The notes under the pieces: generated by a model
What the model was told of the DNA's origin: nothing
The model's database searches: none
Seen by the model: only the letters and a program-made list of their open reading frames with translations
In this document: positions 11,401 to 24,500 of the stretch, piece by piece
How positions within the stretch are numbered: the first letter of the stretch is position 1
Layout: the number at the start of each line of letters is the position of its first letter
Program-made: the position numbers and the translations under genes
From: Eledone cirrhosa
Lineage: Eukaryota
Direction of reading: 5' to 3'
NCBI GenBank assembly: GCA_964016885.1
Contig: OZ024743.1
Span: forward strand, 139,252,001 to 139,316,000
DNA length: 64,000 bases

Positions 11401-14400
11401 GCTTGGTGCTTGGTGCTTGTTGTTTGGTGCTTGGTGCTTGGTGATTAGTGTTTGTTGCTTGGTCCTTGGGGTTTGCTGTTTGGTGCGTGGAGCTTGGTAT
11501 TTGGTGCAGGGTGCTTGGTGTTTGGTGTTTGGTGCTTGGGGTTTTGTGTTTGGTGCTTGGTGCTTGGTGTTTGGTGCTTGGTGCTTGGTGTTTGGTGCTT
11601 GGTGCTTTGTGTTTGGTGCTTGGTGTTTGGTGCTTGGTGCTTGGTGCTTGGTGCTTGGTGTTAGGTGTTTGGTGCTTGGTGATTGGTGTTTGATGTTAGG
11701 TTCTTGGTGCTTGGTGTTTGGTGTTTGGTGCTTGGTACTTGGTGTTTGGTGTTTGGTGGTTGCTGCTTGGTGCTTGGTGTTTGGTGCTTGGTGCTTGGTG
11801 ATTAGTGTTTGGTGATTGGTGCTTGGGGTTTGCTGTTTGGTGCTTGGTGTTTGGTGCTTGGTGCTTGCTGTTTGGTGTTTGGTGTTTGGTTCTTGGTGCT
11901 TGGTGTTTGGTGTTTGGTGTCTGGTGCTTGAGGCTTGGTGCTTGGTGTTTGGTGCTTGGTGTTTGATGCTGCGTGCTTGGTGTTTGGTGTTTGGTGCTTG
12001 GTGCTTGGTGTTTGGTGTTTGGAGCTTGGTTCCTGCTGCTTGTTGTTTGGTGTTTGGTGCTTAATGCTTGGTGTTTGGTGTTTGGTGCTTGGTGCTTGGT
12101 GCTTGGTGTTTTGTGTCTGGTGCTTGGTGCCTGGTGCCTGGTGCTTGGTGCTTGGTGCTTGTTGTTTGGTGCTTGGTGCTTGGTGATTAGTGTTTGGTGC
12201 TTGGTGCTTGCGGTTTGATGTTTGGTGCTTGGGGTTTGGTGTTTGGTGCTTGGTGCTTGGTGTTTGGTGCTTGGTGCTTGGTGCTTGGTGTTTGGTGCTT
12301 GGTGCTTGGTGTTAGGTGTTTGGTGCTTGGTGCTTGGTGTTTGATGTTTGGTCCTTGGTGCTTGGTGTTTGGTGTTTGGTGCTTGGTGCTTGGTGTTTGG
12401 TGTTTGGTGCTTGCTGCTTGCTGCTTGGTGTTTGGTGCTTGGTGATTGGTGCTTGGTGTTTTGTGCTTGGTGCTTGGTGTTTGGTGTTTGGTGCTAGGGG
12501 CTTGGTGCTTGGTGCTTGGTGTTTGGTGCCTGGTGCTTGCTGTTTGGTTTTTGGTGCTTGGTGCGTGGGACATAGTGTTTGGTGTTTGGTGCTTGGTGTT
12601 TGGTGATTGGTGTTTGGTGCTTGGTGTTTGGGGCTTGGTGTTCGGTGCTTGGTGCTTGGTGCTTGGGGCTTGGTGTTTGGTGTTTGGTGCTTGGTGCTTG
12701 GTCTTTGATCTTGGGTCCTTGGTGCTTGGTCTTTGGTGTTTGGTGCTTGGTGCTTGGTGTTTGGTGCTTGGTGCTTGGTGTTTGGTGTTTGGTGCTTGGT
12801 GCTTGGGGCTTGGTGTTTGGTGCTTGGTGCTTGGTATTTGGTACTTGGTGCTTGGGGCTTGGTAGTTGGTGCTTGGTGCTTGGTGCCTGGTGTTTGGTGT
12901 TTGGAGTTTGGTGCTTGGTGTTTGGTGCTTGGTGCTTGGTGCTGGGTGGTTGGTGTTTGGTGCTTGGTGCTTGGTGTTTGGTGCTTGGTGCTTGGTGCTT
13001 GTTGTTTGGTGTTTGGTGCTTGGTGCTTGGTCTTTGGTGCATGGTGTTTGGTGTTTGGCGCTTGGTGCTTGGTGCTTGGTGTTTGGTGCTTGGTGCTTGG
13101 TGCTTGGTGTTTGGTGCTTGGTTCTTGGTGATTAGTGTTTGTTGCTTGGTGCTTGGGGTTTGGTGGTTGGTCCTTGGTGCTTGGTGTTTGGTGTTTGGTG
13201 TTTGGTGTTTGGTGTTTGCTGTTTGGTGTCTGCTTTTTGGTGTTTGGTGTTTGCTGTATGGTGTTTGCTGTTTCGTATTTGGTTTTTGCTGTTTGGTGTT
13301 TGGTGTTTGCTGTTTTGTGTTTGGTGTTTGGTGCTTGGTGCTTGGTGCTTGGTGTTTGGCGTTTGGTGCTTGGAGCTTGGTGTTTGGTGCTTGGTGCTTG
13401 GTGTTTGGTGTTTGGTGCTTGGTGCCTGGTGCTTGTTGTATGGTGTTTGGTGCTTGGTGCTTGGTGTTTGGTGTTTGCTGCTTGGTGTCTGGTGTTTGGT
13501 GCTTGGTGTTTGGTGCTTGGTGCTTGGTGCTTGGTGCTTGGTGTTTGGTGTTTGGTGCTTGGTGCTTGGTGTTTGGTGTTTGGTGCTGGGTGCATGGAGT
13601 TTGGTGCTTGGTGCTTAGTGCTTGGTGTTTGGTGTTTGGTGCTTGGTATTTGGTGTTTGGTGTTTGATGCTTGGTGTGTGGTGCTTGGTGATTGGTGTTT
13701 TGTGTTTGGTGCTTGGTGCTTGGTGCCTGGTGCTTGGTGCTTGGTGCTTGTTGTTTGGTGCTTGGTGCTTGGTGATTAGTGTTTGGTGCTTGGTCCTTGG
13801 GGTTTGCTGTTTGGTGCGTGGAGCTTGGTATTTGGTGCTTGGTGCTTGGTGTTTGGTGTTTGGTGCTTGGGGTTTGGTGTTTGGTGCTTGGTGCTTGGTG
13901 TTTGGTGCTTGGTGCTTGGTGTTTGGTGCTTGGTGCTTTGTGTTTGGTGCTTGGTGTTTGGTGCTTGGTGCTTGGTGTTTGGTGTTTGGTGGTTGGTGCC
14001 TGGTGCTTGTTGTATGGTGTTTGGTGCTTGGTGCTTGGTGTTTGGTGTTTGCTGCTTGGTGTCTGGTGTTTGGTGCTTGGTGTTTGGTGCTTGGTGCTTG
14101 GTGCTTGGTGCTTGGTGTTTGGTGTTTGGTGCTTGGTGCTTGGTGTTTGGTGTTTGGTGCTGGGTGCATGGAGTTTGGTGCTTGGTGCTTAGTGCTTGGT
14201 GTTTGGTGTTTGGTGCTTGGTATTTGGTGTTTGGTGTTTGATGCTTGGTGTGTGGTGCTTGGTGATTGGTGTTTTGTGTTTGGTGCTTGGTGCTTGGTGC
14301 CTGGTGCTTGGTGCTTGGTGCTTGTTGTTTGGTGCTTGGTGCTTGGTGATTAGTGTTTGGTGCTTGGTCCTTGGGGTTTGCTGTTTGGTGCGTGGAGCTT

Positions 14401-17400
14401 GGTATTTGGTGCTTGGTGCTTGGTGTTTGGTGTTTGGTGTTTGGGGTTTGGTGTTTGGTGCTTGGTGCTTGGTGTTTGGTGCTTGGTGCTTGGTGTTTGG
14501 TGCTTGGTGCTTTGTGTTTGGTGCTTGGTGTTTGGTGCTTGGTGCTTGGTGCTTGGTGCTTGGTGTTAGGTGTTTGGTGCTTGGTGATTGGTGTTTGATG
14601 TTAGGTTCTTGGTGCTTGGTGTTTGGTGTTTGGTGCTTGGTTCTTGGTGTTTGGTGTTTGGTGGTTGCTGCTTGGTGCTTGGTGTTTTGTGTTTGGAGTT
14701 TGGTGCTTGGTGTTTGGTGCTTCGGTCTTGGTGTTTGGTGTTTGGTGATTGCTGCTTGTTGCTTGGTGTTTGGTGCTTGGTGCTTGGTGATTAGTGTTTG
14801 GTGATTGGTGCTTGGGGTTTGCTGTTTGGTGCTTGGTGTTTGGTGCTTGGTGCTTGCTGTTTGGTGTTTGGTGTTTGGTTCTTGGTGCTTGGTGTTTGGT
14901 GTTTGGTGTCTGGTGCTTGAGGCTTGGTGCTTGGTGTTTGGTGCTTGGTGCTTGGTGCTTTGTGTTTGGTGCTTGGTGTTTGGTGCTTGGTGCTTGGTGC
15001 TTGGTGCTTGGTGTTAGGTGTTTGGTGCTTGGTGATTGGTGTTTGATGTTAGGTTCTTGGTGCTTGGTGTTTGGTGTTTGGTGCTTGGGGTTTGGTGTTT
15101 GTTGCTTGGTGCTTGGTGTTTGGTGCTTGGTGCTTGGTGTTTGGTGCTTGGTGCTTTGTGTTTGGTGCTTGGTGTTTGGTGCTTGGTGCTTGGTGCTTGG
15201 TGCTTGGTGTTAGGTGTTTGGTGCTTGGTGATTGGTGTTTGATGTTAGGTTCTTGGTGCTTGGTGTTTGGTGTTTGGTGCTTGGTACTTGGTGTTTGGTG
15301 TTTGGTGGTTGCTGCTTGGTGCTTTTTTTTTGTGTTTGGAGTTTGGTGCTTGGTGTTTGGTGCTTCGGTCTTGGTGTTTGGTGTTTGGTGATTGCTGCTT
15401 GTTGCTTGGTGTTTGGTGCTTGGTGCTTGGTGATTAGTGTTTGGTGATTGGTGCTTGGGGTTTGCTGTTTGGTGCTTGGTGTTTGGTGCTTGGTGCTTGC
15501 TGTTTGGTGTTTGGTGTTTGGTTCTTGGTGCTTGGTGCTTGGTGTTTGGTGCTTGGTGCTTGGTGCTTGGTGCTTGGTGTTTGGTGCTTGGTGTTTGATG
15601 CTGCGTGCTTGGTGTTTGGTGTTTGGTGCTTGGTGCTTGGTGTTTGGTGTTTGGAGCTTGATTCCTGCTGCTTGTTGTTTGGTGTTTGGTGCTTGGTGCT
15701 TGGTGTTTGGTGTTTGGTGCTTGGTGCTTGGTGCTTGGTATCTGGTGTTTGGTGCTTGGTCTTTGGTGTTTGGTGCTTGGTGCTTGGTGTTTGGTGCTTG
15801 GTGTTTGGTGTTTGGTGTTTGGTGTTTGGTCTTTGATGCTTGGTGTTTGCTGCTTGGTGCTTGGTGCTTGGTGTTTTGTGTTTGGTGCTTGGTGCCTGGT
15901 GCCTGGTGCTTGGTGCTTGGTGCTTGTTGTTTGGTGCTTGGTGCTTGGTGATTAGTGTTTGGTGCTTGGTGCTTGCGGTTTGATGTTTGGTGCTTGGGGT
16001 TTGGTGTTTGGTGCTTGGTGCTTGGTGTTTGGTGCTTGGTGCTTGGTGCTTGGTGTTTGGTGCTTGGTGCTTGGTGTTAGGTGTTTGGTGCTTGGTGCTT
16101 GGTGTTTGATGTTTGGTCCTTGGTGCTTGGTGTTTGGTGTTTGGTGCTTGGTGCTTGGTGTTTGGTGTTTGGTGCTTGCTGCTTGCTGCTTGGTGTTTGG
16201 TGCATGGTGATTGGTGCTTGGTGTTTTGTGCTTGGTGCTTGGTGCTTGGTATCTGGTGTTTGGTGCTTGGTGTTTGGTGTTTGGTGCTTGGTGCTTGGTG
16301 TTTGGTGCTTGGTGTTTGGTGTTTGGTGTTTGATGCTTGGTGTTTGCTGCTTGGTGCTTGGTGCTTGGTGTTTTGTGTTTGGTGCTTGGTGCTTGGTGCT
16401 TGGTATCTGGTGTTTGGTGCTTGGTGTTTGGTGTTTGGTGCTTGGTGCTTGGTGTTTGGTGCTTGGTGTTTGGTGTTTGGTGTTTGATGCTTGGTGTTTG
16501 CTGCTTGGTGCTTGGTGCTTGTTGTCTTGTGTTTGGTGCTTGGTGCCTGGTGCCTGGTGCTTGGTGCTTGGTGCTTGTTGTTTGGTGCTTGCTGCTTGGT
16601 GATTAGTGTTTGGTGCTTGGTGCTTGCGGTTTGATGTTTGGTGCTTGGGGTTTGGTGTTTGGTGCTTGGTGTTTGGTGTTTGGTGATTGCTGCTTGCTGC
16701 TTGGTGTTTGGTGCTTGGTGATTGGTGCTTGGTGTTTTGTGCTTGGTGCTTGGTGTTTGGTGTTTGGTGCTAGGGGCTTGGTGATTGGTGCTTGGTGTTT
16801 GGTGCCTGGTGCTTGCTGTTTGGTTTTTGGTGCTTGGTGCGTGGGACATAGTGTTTGGTGTTTGGTGCTTGGTGTTTGGTGATTGGTGTTTGGTGCTTGG
16901 TGTTTGGGGCTTGGTGTTCGGTGCTTGGTGCTTGGTGCTTGGGGCTTGGTGTTTGGTGTTTGGTGCTTGGTGCTTGGTGTTTGATCTTGGGTCCTTGGTG
17001 CTTGGTCTTTGGTGTTTGGTGCTTGGTGCTTGGTGTTTGGTGCTTGGTGCTTGGTGTTTGGTGTTTGGTGCTTGGTGCTTGGGGCTTGGTGTTTGGTGCT
17101 TGGTGCTTGGTGTTTGGTGCTTGGTGCTTGGGGCTTGGTAGTTGGTGCTTGGTGCTTGGTGCCTGGTGTTTGGTGTTTGGAGTTTGGTGCTTGGTGTTTG
17201 GTGCTTGGTGCTTGGTGCTGGGTGGTTGGTGTTTGGTGCTTGGTGCTTGGTGTTTGGTGCTTGGTGCTTGGTGCTTGTTGTTTGGTGCTTGGTGCTTGGT
17301 GCTTGGTCTTTGGTGCATGGTGTTTGGTGTTTGGCGCTTGGTGCTTGGTGCTTGGTGTTTGGTGCTTGGTGCTTGGTGCTTGGTGTTTGGTGCTTGGTTC

Positions 17401-20400
17401 TTGGTGATTAGTGTTTGTTGCTTGGTGCTTGGGGTTTGGTGGTTGGTCCTTGGTGCTTGGTGTTTGGTGTTTGGTGTTTGGTGTTTGGTGTTTGCTGTTT
17501 GGTGTCTGCTTTTTGGTGTTTGGTGTTTGCTGTATGGTGTTTGCTGTTTCGTATTTGGTTTTTGCTGTTTGGTGTTTGGTGTTTGCTGTTTTGTGTTTGG
17601 TGTTTGGTGCTTGGTGCTTGGTGCTTGGTGTTTGGCGTTTGGTGCTTGGAGCTTGGTGTTTGGTGCTTGGTGCTTGGTGTTTGGTGTTTGGTGCTTGGTG
17701 CCTGGTGCTTGTTGTATGGTGTTTGGTGCTTGGTGCTTGGTGTTTGGTGTTTGCTGCTTGGTGTCTGGTGTTTGGTGCTTGGTGTTTGGTGCTTGGTGCT
17801 TGGTGCTTGGTGCTTGGTGTTTGGTGTTTGGTGCTTGGTGCTTGGTGTTTGGTGTTTGGTGCTGGGTGCATGGAGTTTGGTGCTTGGTGCTTAGTGCTTG
17901 GTGTTTGGTGTTTGGTGCTTGGTATTTGGTGTTTGGTGTTTGATGCTTGGTGTGTGGTGCTTGGTGATTGGTGTTTTGTGTTTGGTGCTTGGTGCTTGGT
18001 GCCTGGTGCTTGGTGCTTGGTGCTTGTTGTTTGGTGCTTGGTGCTTGGTGATTAGTGTTTGGTGCTTGGTCCTTGGGGTTTGCTGTTTGGTGCGTGGAGC
18101 TTGGTATTTGGTGCTTGGTGCTTGGTGTTTGGTGTTTGGTGCTTGGGGTTTTGTGTTTGGTGCTTGGTGCTTGGTGTTTGGTGCTTGGTGCTTGGTGTTT
18201 GGTGCTTGGTGCTTTGTGTTTGGTGCTTGGTGTTTGGTGCTTGGTGCTTGGTGCTTGGTGCTTGGTGTTAGGTGTTTGGTGCTTGGTGATTGGTGTTTGA
18301 TGTTAGGTTCTTGGTGCTTGGTGTTTGGTGTTTGGTGCTTGGTACTTGGTGTTTGGTGTTTGGTGGTTGCTGCTTGGTGCTTGGTGTTTGGTGCTTGGTG
18401 CTTGGTGATTAGTGTTTGGTGATTGGTGCTTGGGGTTTGCTGTTTGGTGCTTGGTGTTTGGTGCTTGGTGCTTGCTGTTTGGTGTTTGGTGTTTGGTTCT
18501 TGGTGCTTGGTGTTTGGTGTTTGGTGTCTGGTGCTTGAGGCTTGGTGCTTGGTGTTTGGTGCTTGGTGCTTGGTGCTTGGTGCTTGGTGTTTGGTGCTTG
18601 GTGTTTGATGCTGCGTGCTTGGTGTTTGGTGTTTGGTGCTTGGTGCTTGGTGTTTGGTGTTTGGAGCTTGGTTCCTGCTGCTTGTTGTTTGGTGTTTGGT
18701 GCTTAATGCTTGGTGTTTGGTGTTTGGTGCTTGGTGCTTGGTGCTTGGTGTTTTGTGTTTGGTGCTTGGTGCCTGGTGCCTGGTGCTTGGTGCCTGGTGC
18801 TTGTTGTTTGGTGCTTGGTGCTTGGTGATTAGTGTTTGGTGCTTGGTGCTTGCGGTTTGATGTTTGGTGCTTGGGGTTTGGTGTTTGGTGCTTGGTGCTT
18901 GGTGTTTGGTGCTTGGTGCTTGGTGCTTGGTGTTTGGTGCTTGGTGCTTGGTGTTAGGTGTTTGGTGCTTGGTGCTTGGTGTTTGATGTTTTGTCCTTGG
19001 TGCTTGGTGTTTGGTGTTTGGTGCTTGGTGCTTGGTGTTTGGTGTTTGGTGTTTGCTGCTTGCTGCTTGGTGTTTGGTGCTTGGTGATTGGTGCTTGGTG
19101 TTTTGTGCTTGGTGCTTGGTGTTTGGTGTTTGGTGCTAGGGGCTTGGTGCTTGGTGCTTGGTGTTTGGTGCCTGGTGCTTGCTGTTTGGTTTTTGGTGCT
19201 TGGTGTGTGGGACATAGTGTTTGGTGTTTGGTGCTTGGTGTTTGGTGATTGGTGTTTGGTGCTTGGTGTTTGGGGCTTGGTGTTCGGTGCTTGGTGCTTG
19301 GTGCTTGGGGCTTGGTGTTTGGTGTTTGGTGCTTGGTGCTTGGTGTTTGATCTTGTGTCCTTGGTGCTTGGTCTTTGGTGTTTGGTGCTTGGTGCTTGGT
19401 GTTTGGTGCTTGGTGCTTGGTGTTTGGTGTTTGGTGCTTGGTGCTTGGGGCTTGGTGTTTGGTGCTTGGTGCTTGGTATTTGGTACTTGGTGCTTGGGGC
19501 TTGGTAGTTGGTGCTTGGTGCTTGGTGCCTGGTGTTTGGTGTTTGGAGTTTGGTGCTTGGTGTTTGGTGCTTGGTGCTTGGTGCTGGGTGGTTGGTGTTT
19601 GGTGCTTGGTGCTTGGTGTTTGGTGCTTGGTGCTTGGTGCTTGTTGTTTGGTGTTTGGTGCTTGGTGCTTGGTCTTTGGTGCATGGTGTTTGGTGTTTGG
19701 CGCTTGGTGCTTGGTGCTTGGTGTTTGGTGCTTGGTGCTTGGTGCTTGGTGTTTGGTGCTTGGTTCTTGGTGATTAGTGTTTGTTGCTTGGTGCTTGGGG
19801 TTTGGTGGTTGGTCCTTGGTGCTTGGTGTTTGGTGTTTGGTGTTTGGTGTTTGGTGTTTGCTGTTTGGTGTCTGCTTTTTGGTGTTTGGTGTTTGCTGTA
19901 TGGTGTTTGCTGTTTCGTATTTGGTTTTTGCTGTTTGGTGTTTGGTGTTTGCTGTTTTGTGTTTGGTGTTTGGTGCTTGGTGCTTGGTGCTTGGTGTTTG
20001 GCGTTTGGTGCTTGGAGCTTGGTGTTTGGTGCTTGGTGCTTGGTGTTTGGTGTTTGGTGCTTGGTGCCTGGTGCTTGTTGTATGGTGTTTGGTGCTTGGT
20101 GCTTGGTGTTTGGTGTTTGCTGCTTGGTGTCTGGTGTTTGGTGCTTGGTGTTTGGTGCTTGGTGCTTGGTGCTTGGTGCTTGGTGTTTGGTGTTTGGTGC
20201 TTGGTGCTTGGTGTTTGGTGTTTGGTGCTGGGTGCATGGAGTTTGGTGCTTGGTGCTTAGTGCTTGGTGTTTGGTGTTTGGTGCTTGGTATTTGGTGTTT
20301 GGTGTTTGATGCTTGGTGTGTGGTGCTTGTTGTTTGGTGCTTGGTGCTTGGTGATTAGTGTTTGGTGCTTGGTCCTTGGGGTTTGCTGTTTGGTGCGTGG

Positions 20401-21500
20401 AGCTTGGTATTTGGTGCTTGGTGCTTGGTGTTTGGTGTTTGGTGCTTGGGGTTTGGTGTTTGGTGCTTGGTGCTTGGTGTTTGGTGCTTGGTGCTTGGTG
20501 TTTGGTGCTTGGTGCTTTGTGTTTGGTGCTTGGTGTTTGGTGCTTGGTGCTTGGTGTTTGGTGTTTGGTGCTTGGTGCCTGGTGCTTGTTGTATGGTGTT
20601 TGGTGCTTGGTGCTTGGTGTTTGGTGTTTGCTGCTTGGTGTCTGGTGTTTGGTGCTTGGTGTTTGGTGCTTGGTGCTTGGTGCTTGGTGCTTGGTGTTTG
20701 GTGTTTGGTGCTTGGTGCTTGGTGTTTGGTGTTTGGTGCTGGGTGCATGGAGTTTGGTGCTTGGTGCTAAGTGCTTGGTGTTTGGTGTTTGGTGCTTGGT
20801 ATTTGGTGTTTGGTGTTTGATGCTTGGTGTGTGGTGCTTGGTGATTGGTGTTTTGTGTTTGGTGCTTGGTGCTTGGTGCCTGGTGCTTGGTGCTTGGTGC
20901 TTGTTGTTTGGTGCTTGGTGCTTGGTGATTAGTGTTTGGTGCTTGGTCCTTGGGGTTTGCTGTTTGGTGCGTGGAGCTTGGTATTTGGTGCTTGGTGCTT
21001 GTTGTTTGGTGTTTGGTGCTTGGGGTTTGGTGTTTGTTGCTTGGTGCTTGGTGTTTGGTGCTTGGTGCTTGGTGTTTGGTGCTTGGTGCTTTGTGTTTGG
21101 TGCTTGGTGTTTGGTGCTTGGTGCTTGGTGCTTGGTGCTTGGTGTTAGGTGTTTGGTGCTTGGTGATTGGTGTTTGATGTTAGGTTCTTGGTGCTTGGTG
21201 TTTGGTGTTTGGTGCTTGGTACTTGGTGTTTGGTGTTTGGTGGTTGCTGCTTGGTGCTTGGTGTTTTGTGTTTGGAGTTTGGTGCTTGGTGTTTGGTGCT
21301 TCGGTCTTGGTGTTTGGTGTTTGGTGATTGCTGCTTGTTGCTTGGTGTTTGGTGCTTGGTGCTTGGTGATTAGTGTTTGGTGATTGGTGCTTGGGGTTTG
21401 CTGTTTGGTGCTTGGTGTTTGGTGCTTGGTGCTTGCTGTTTGGTGTTTGGTGTTTGATTCTTGGTGCTTGGTGTTTGGTGTTTGGTGTCTGGTGCTTGGT
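8500..21500 (+). repeat. Tandem duplication of ~6.6 kb within domain A (about 8.5-14.9 kb vs 15.1-21.5 kb)
   Basis: Matching ORF translations at offsets 6,593 (8639/15232), 6,607 (9996/16603), 6,642 (12312/18954) and 6,579 (14353/20932). Shared private variants are TTAATGC (12061, 18703) and TTGGTAT-TTGGTAC (12831, 19473). Offsets differ only by multiples of 7. Confidence 0.85.
13420..14560 (+). repeat. 574-bp (82-heptamer) local duplication; the counterpart at ~20.1-21.1 kb has one copy shortened by 63 bp (511-bp marker spacing)
   Basis: TGGGTGC-ATGGAGT at 13595/14169 (574 bp apart) and 20237/20748 (511 bp apart). GATTAG boxes at 13779/14353 and 20358/20932. Confidence 0.75.
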
Positions 21501-24500
21501 GCTTGGTGCTTGGTGTTTGGTGCTTGGTGCTTGGTGCTTGGTGCTTGGTGTTTGGTGCTTGGTGTTTGATGCTGCGTGCTTGGTGTTTGGTGTTTGGTGC
21601 TTGGTGCTTGGTGTTTGGTGTTTGGAGCTTGGTTCCTGCTGCTTGTTGTTTGGTGTTTGGTGCTTGGTGCTTGGTGTTTGGTGTTTGGTGCTTGGTGCTT
21701 GGTGCTTGGTATCTGGTGTTTGGTGCTTGGTGTTTGGTGTTTGGTGCTTGGTGCTTGGTGTTTGGTGCTTGGTGTTTGGTGTTTGGTGTTTGATGCTTGG
21801 TGTTTGCTGCTTGGTGCTTGGTGCTTGGTGTTTTGTGTTTGGTGCTTGGTGCCTGGTGCCTGGTGCTTGGTGCTTGGTGCTTGTTGTTTGGTGCTTGGTG
21901 CTTGGTGATTAGTGTTTGGTGCTTGGTGCTTGCGGTTTGATGTTTGGTGCTTGGGGTTTGGTGTTTGGTGCTTGGTGCTTGGTGTTTGGTGCTTGGTGCT
22001 TGGTGCTTGGTGTTTGGTGCTTGGTGCTTGGTGTTAGGTGTTTGGTGCTTGGTGCTTGGTGTTTGATGTTTGGTCCTTGGTGCTTGGTGTTTGGTGTTTG
22101 GTGCTTGGTGCTTGGTGTTTGGTGTTTGGTGCTTGCTGCTTGCTGCTTGGTGTTTGGTGCTTGGTGATTGGTGCTTGGTGTTTTGTGCTTGGTGCTTGGT
22201 GCTTGGTATCTGGTGTTTGGTGCTTGGTGTTTGGTGTTTGGTGCTTGGTGCTTCGTGTTTGGTGCTTGGTGTTTGGTGTTTGGTGTTTGATGCTTGGTGT
22301 TTGCTGCTTGGTGCTTGGTGCTTGGTGTTTTGTGTTTGGTGCTTGGTGCTTGGTGCTTGGTATCTGGTGTTTGGTGCTTGGTGTTTGGTGTTTGGTGCTT
22401 GGTTCTTGGTGTTTGGTGCTTGGTGTTTGGTGTTTGGTGTTTGATGCTTGGTGTTTGCTGCTTGGTGCTTGGTGCTTGGTGTTTTGTGTTTGGTGCTTGG
22501 TGCCTGGTGCCTGGCGCTTGGTGCTTGGTGCTTGTTGTTTGGTGCTTGGTGCTTGGTGATTAGTGTTTGGTGCTTGGTGCTTGCGGTTTGATGTTTGGTG
22601 CTTGGGGTTTGGTGTTTGGTGCTTGGTGCTTGGTGTTTGGTGCTTGGTGCTTGGTGCTTGGTGTTTGGTGCTTGGTGCTTGGTGTTAGGTGTTTGGTGCT
22701 TGGTGCTTGGTGTTTGGTGTTTGGTGCTTGCTGCTTGCTGCTTGGTGTTTGGTGCTTGGTGATTGGTGCTTGGTGTTTTGTGCTTGGTGCTTGGTGTTTG
22801 GTGTTTGGTGCTAGGGGCTTGGTGCTTGGTGCTTGGTGTTTGGTGCCTGGTGCTTGCTGTTTGGTTTTTGGTGCTTGGTGCGTGGGACATAGTGTTTGGT
22901 GTTTGGTGCTTGGTGTTTGGTGATTGGTGTTTGGTGCTTGGTGTTTGGGGCTTGGTGTTCGGTGCTTGGTGCTTGGTGCTTGGGGCTTGGTGTTTGGTGT
23001 TTGGTGCTTGGTGCTTGGTGTTTGATCTTGGGTCCTTGGTGCTTGGTCTTTGGTGTTTGGTGCTTGGTGCTTGGTGTTTGGTGCTTGGTGCTTGGTGTTT
23101 GGTGTTTGGTGCTTGGTGCTTGGGGCTTGGTGTTTGGTGCTTGGTGCTTGGTGTTTGGTGCTTGGTGCTTGGGGCTTGGTAGTTGGTGCTTGGTGCTTGG
23201 TGCCTGGTGTTTGGTGTTTGGAGTTTGGTGCTTGGTGTTTGGTGCTTGGTGCTTGGTGCTGGGTGGTTGGTGTTTGGTGCTTGGTGCTTGGTGTTTGGTG
23301 CTTGGTGCTTGGTGCTTGTTGTTTGGTGCTTGGTGCTTGGTGCTTGGTCTTTGGTGCATGGTGTTTGGTGTTTGGCGCTTGGTGCTTGGTGCTTGGTGTT
23401 TGGTGCTTGGTGCTTGGTGCTTGGTGTTTGGTGCTTGGTTCTTGGTGATTAGTGTTTGTTGCTTGGTGCTTGGGGTTTGGTGGTTTGTCCTTGGTGCTTG
23501 GTGTTTGGTGTTTGGTGTTTGGTGTTTGGTGTTTGCTGTTTGGTGTCTGCTTTTTGGTGTTTGGTGTTTGCTGTATGGTGTTTGCTGTTTCGTATTTGGT
23601 TTTTGCTGTTTGGTGTTTGGTGTTTGGTGTTTGGTGCTTGGTGCCTGGTGCTTGTTGTATGGTGTTTGGTGCTTGGTGCTTGGTGTTTGGTGTTTGCTGC
23701 TTGGTGTCTGGTGTTTGGTGCTTGGTGTTTGGTGCTTGGTGCCTGGTGCTTGGTGCTTGGTGCTTGTTGTTTGGTGCTTGGTGCTTGGTGATTAGTGTTT
23801 GGTGCTTGGTCCTTGGGGTTTGCTGTTTGGTGCGTGGAGCTTGGTATTTGGTGCTTGGTGCTTGGTGTTTGGTGTTTGGTGCTTGGGGTTTGGTGTTTGG
23901 TGCTTGGTGCTTGGTGTTTGGTGCTTGGTGCTTGGTGTTTGGTGCTTGGTGCTTTGTGTTTGGTGCTTGGTGTTTGGTGCTTGGTGCTTGGTGCTTGGTG
24001 CTTGGTGTTAGGTGTTTGGTGCTTGGTGATTGGTGTTTGATGTTACGTTCTTGGTGCTTGGTGTTTGGTGTTTGGTGCTTGGTACTTGGTGTTTGGTGTT
24101 TGGTGGTTGCTGCTTGGTGCTTGGTGTTTTGTGTTTGGAGTTTGGTGCTTGGTGTTTGGTGCTTCGGTCTTGGTGTTTGGTGTTTGGTGATTGCTGCTTG
24201 GTGCTTGGTGTTTGGTGCTTGGTGCTTGGTGATTAGTGTTTGGTGATTGGTGCTTGGGGTTTGCTGTTTGGTGCTTGGTGTTTGGTGCTTGGTGCTTGCT
24301 GTTTGGTGTTTGGTGTTTGGTTCTTGGTGCTTGGTGTTTGGTGTTTGGTGTCTGGTGCTTGGTGCTTGGTGCTTGGTGTTTGGTGCTTGGTGCTTGGTGC
24401 TCGGTGCTTGGTGTTTGGTGCTTGGTGTTTGATGCTGCGTGCTTGGTGTTTGGTGTTTGGTGCTTGGTGCTTGGTGTTTGGTGTTTGGAGCTTGGTTCCT

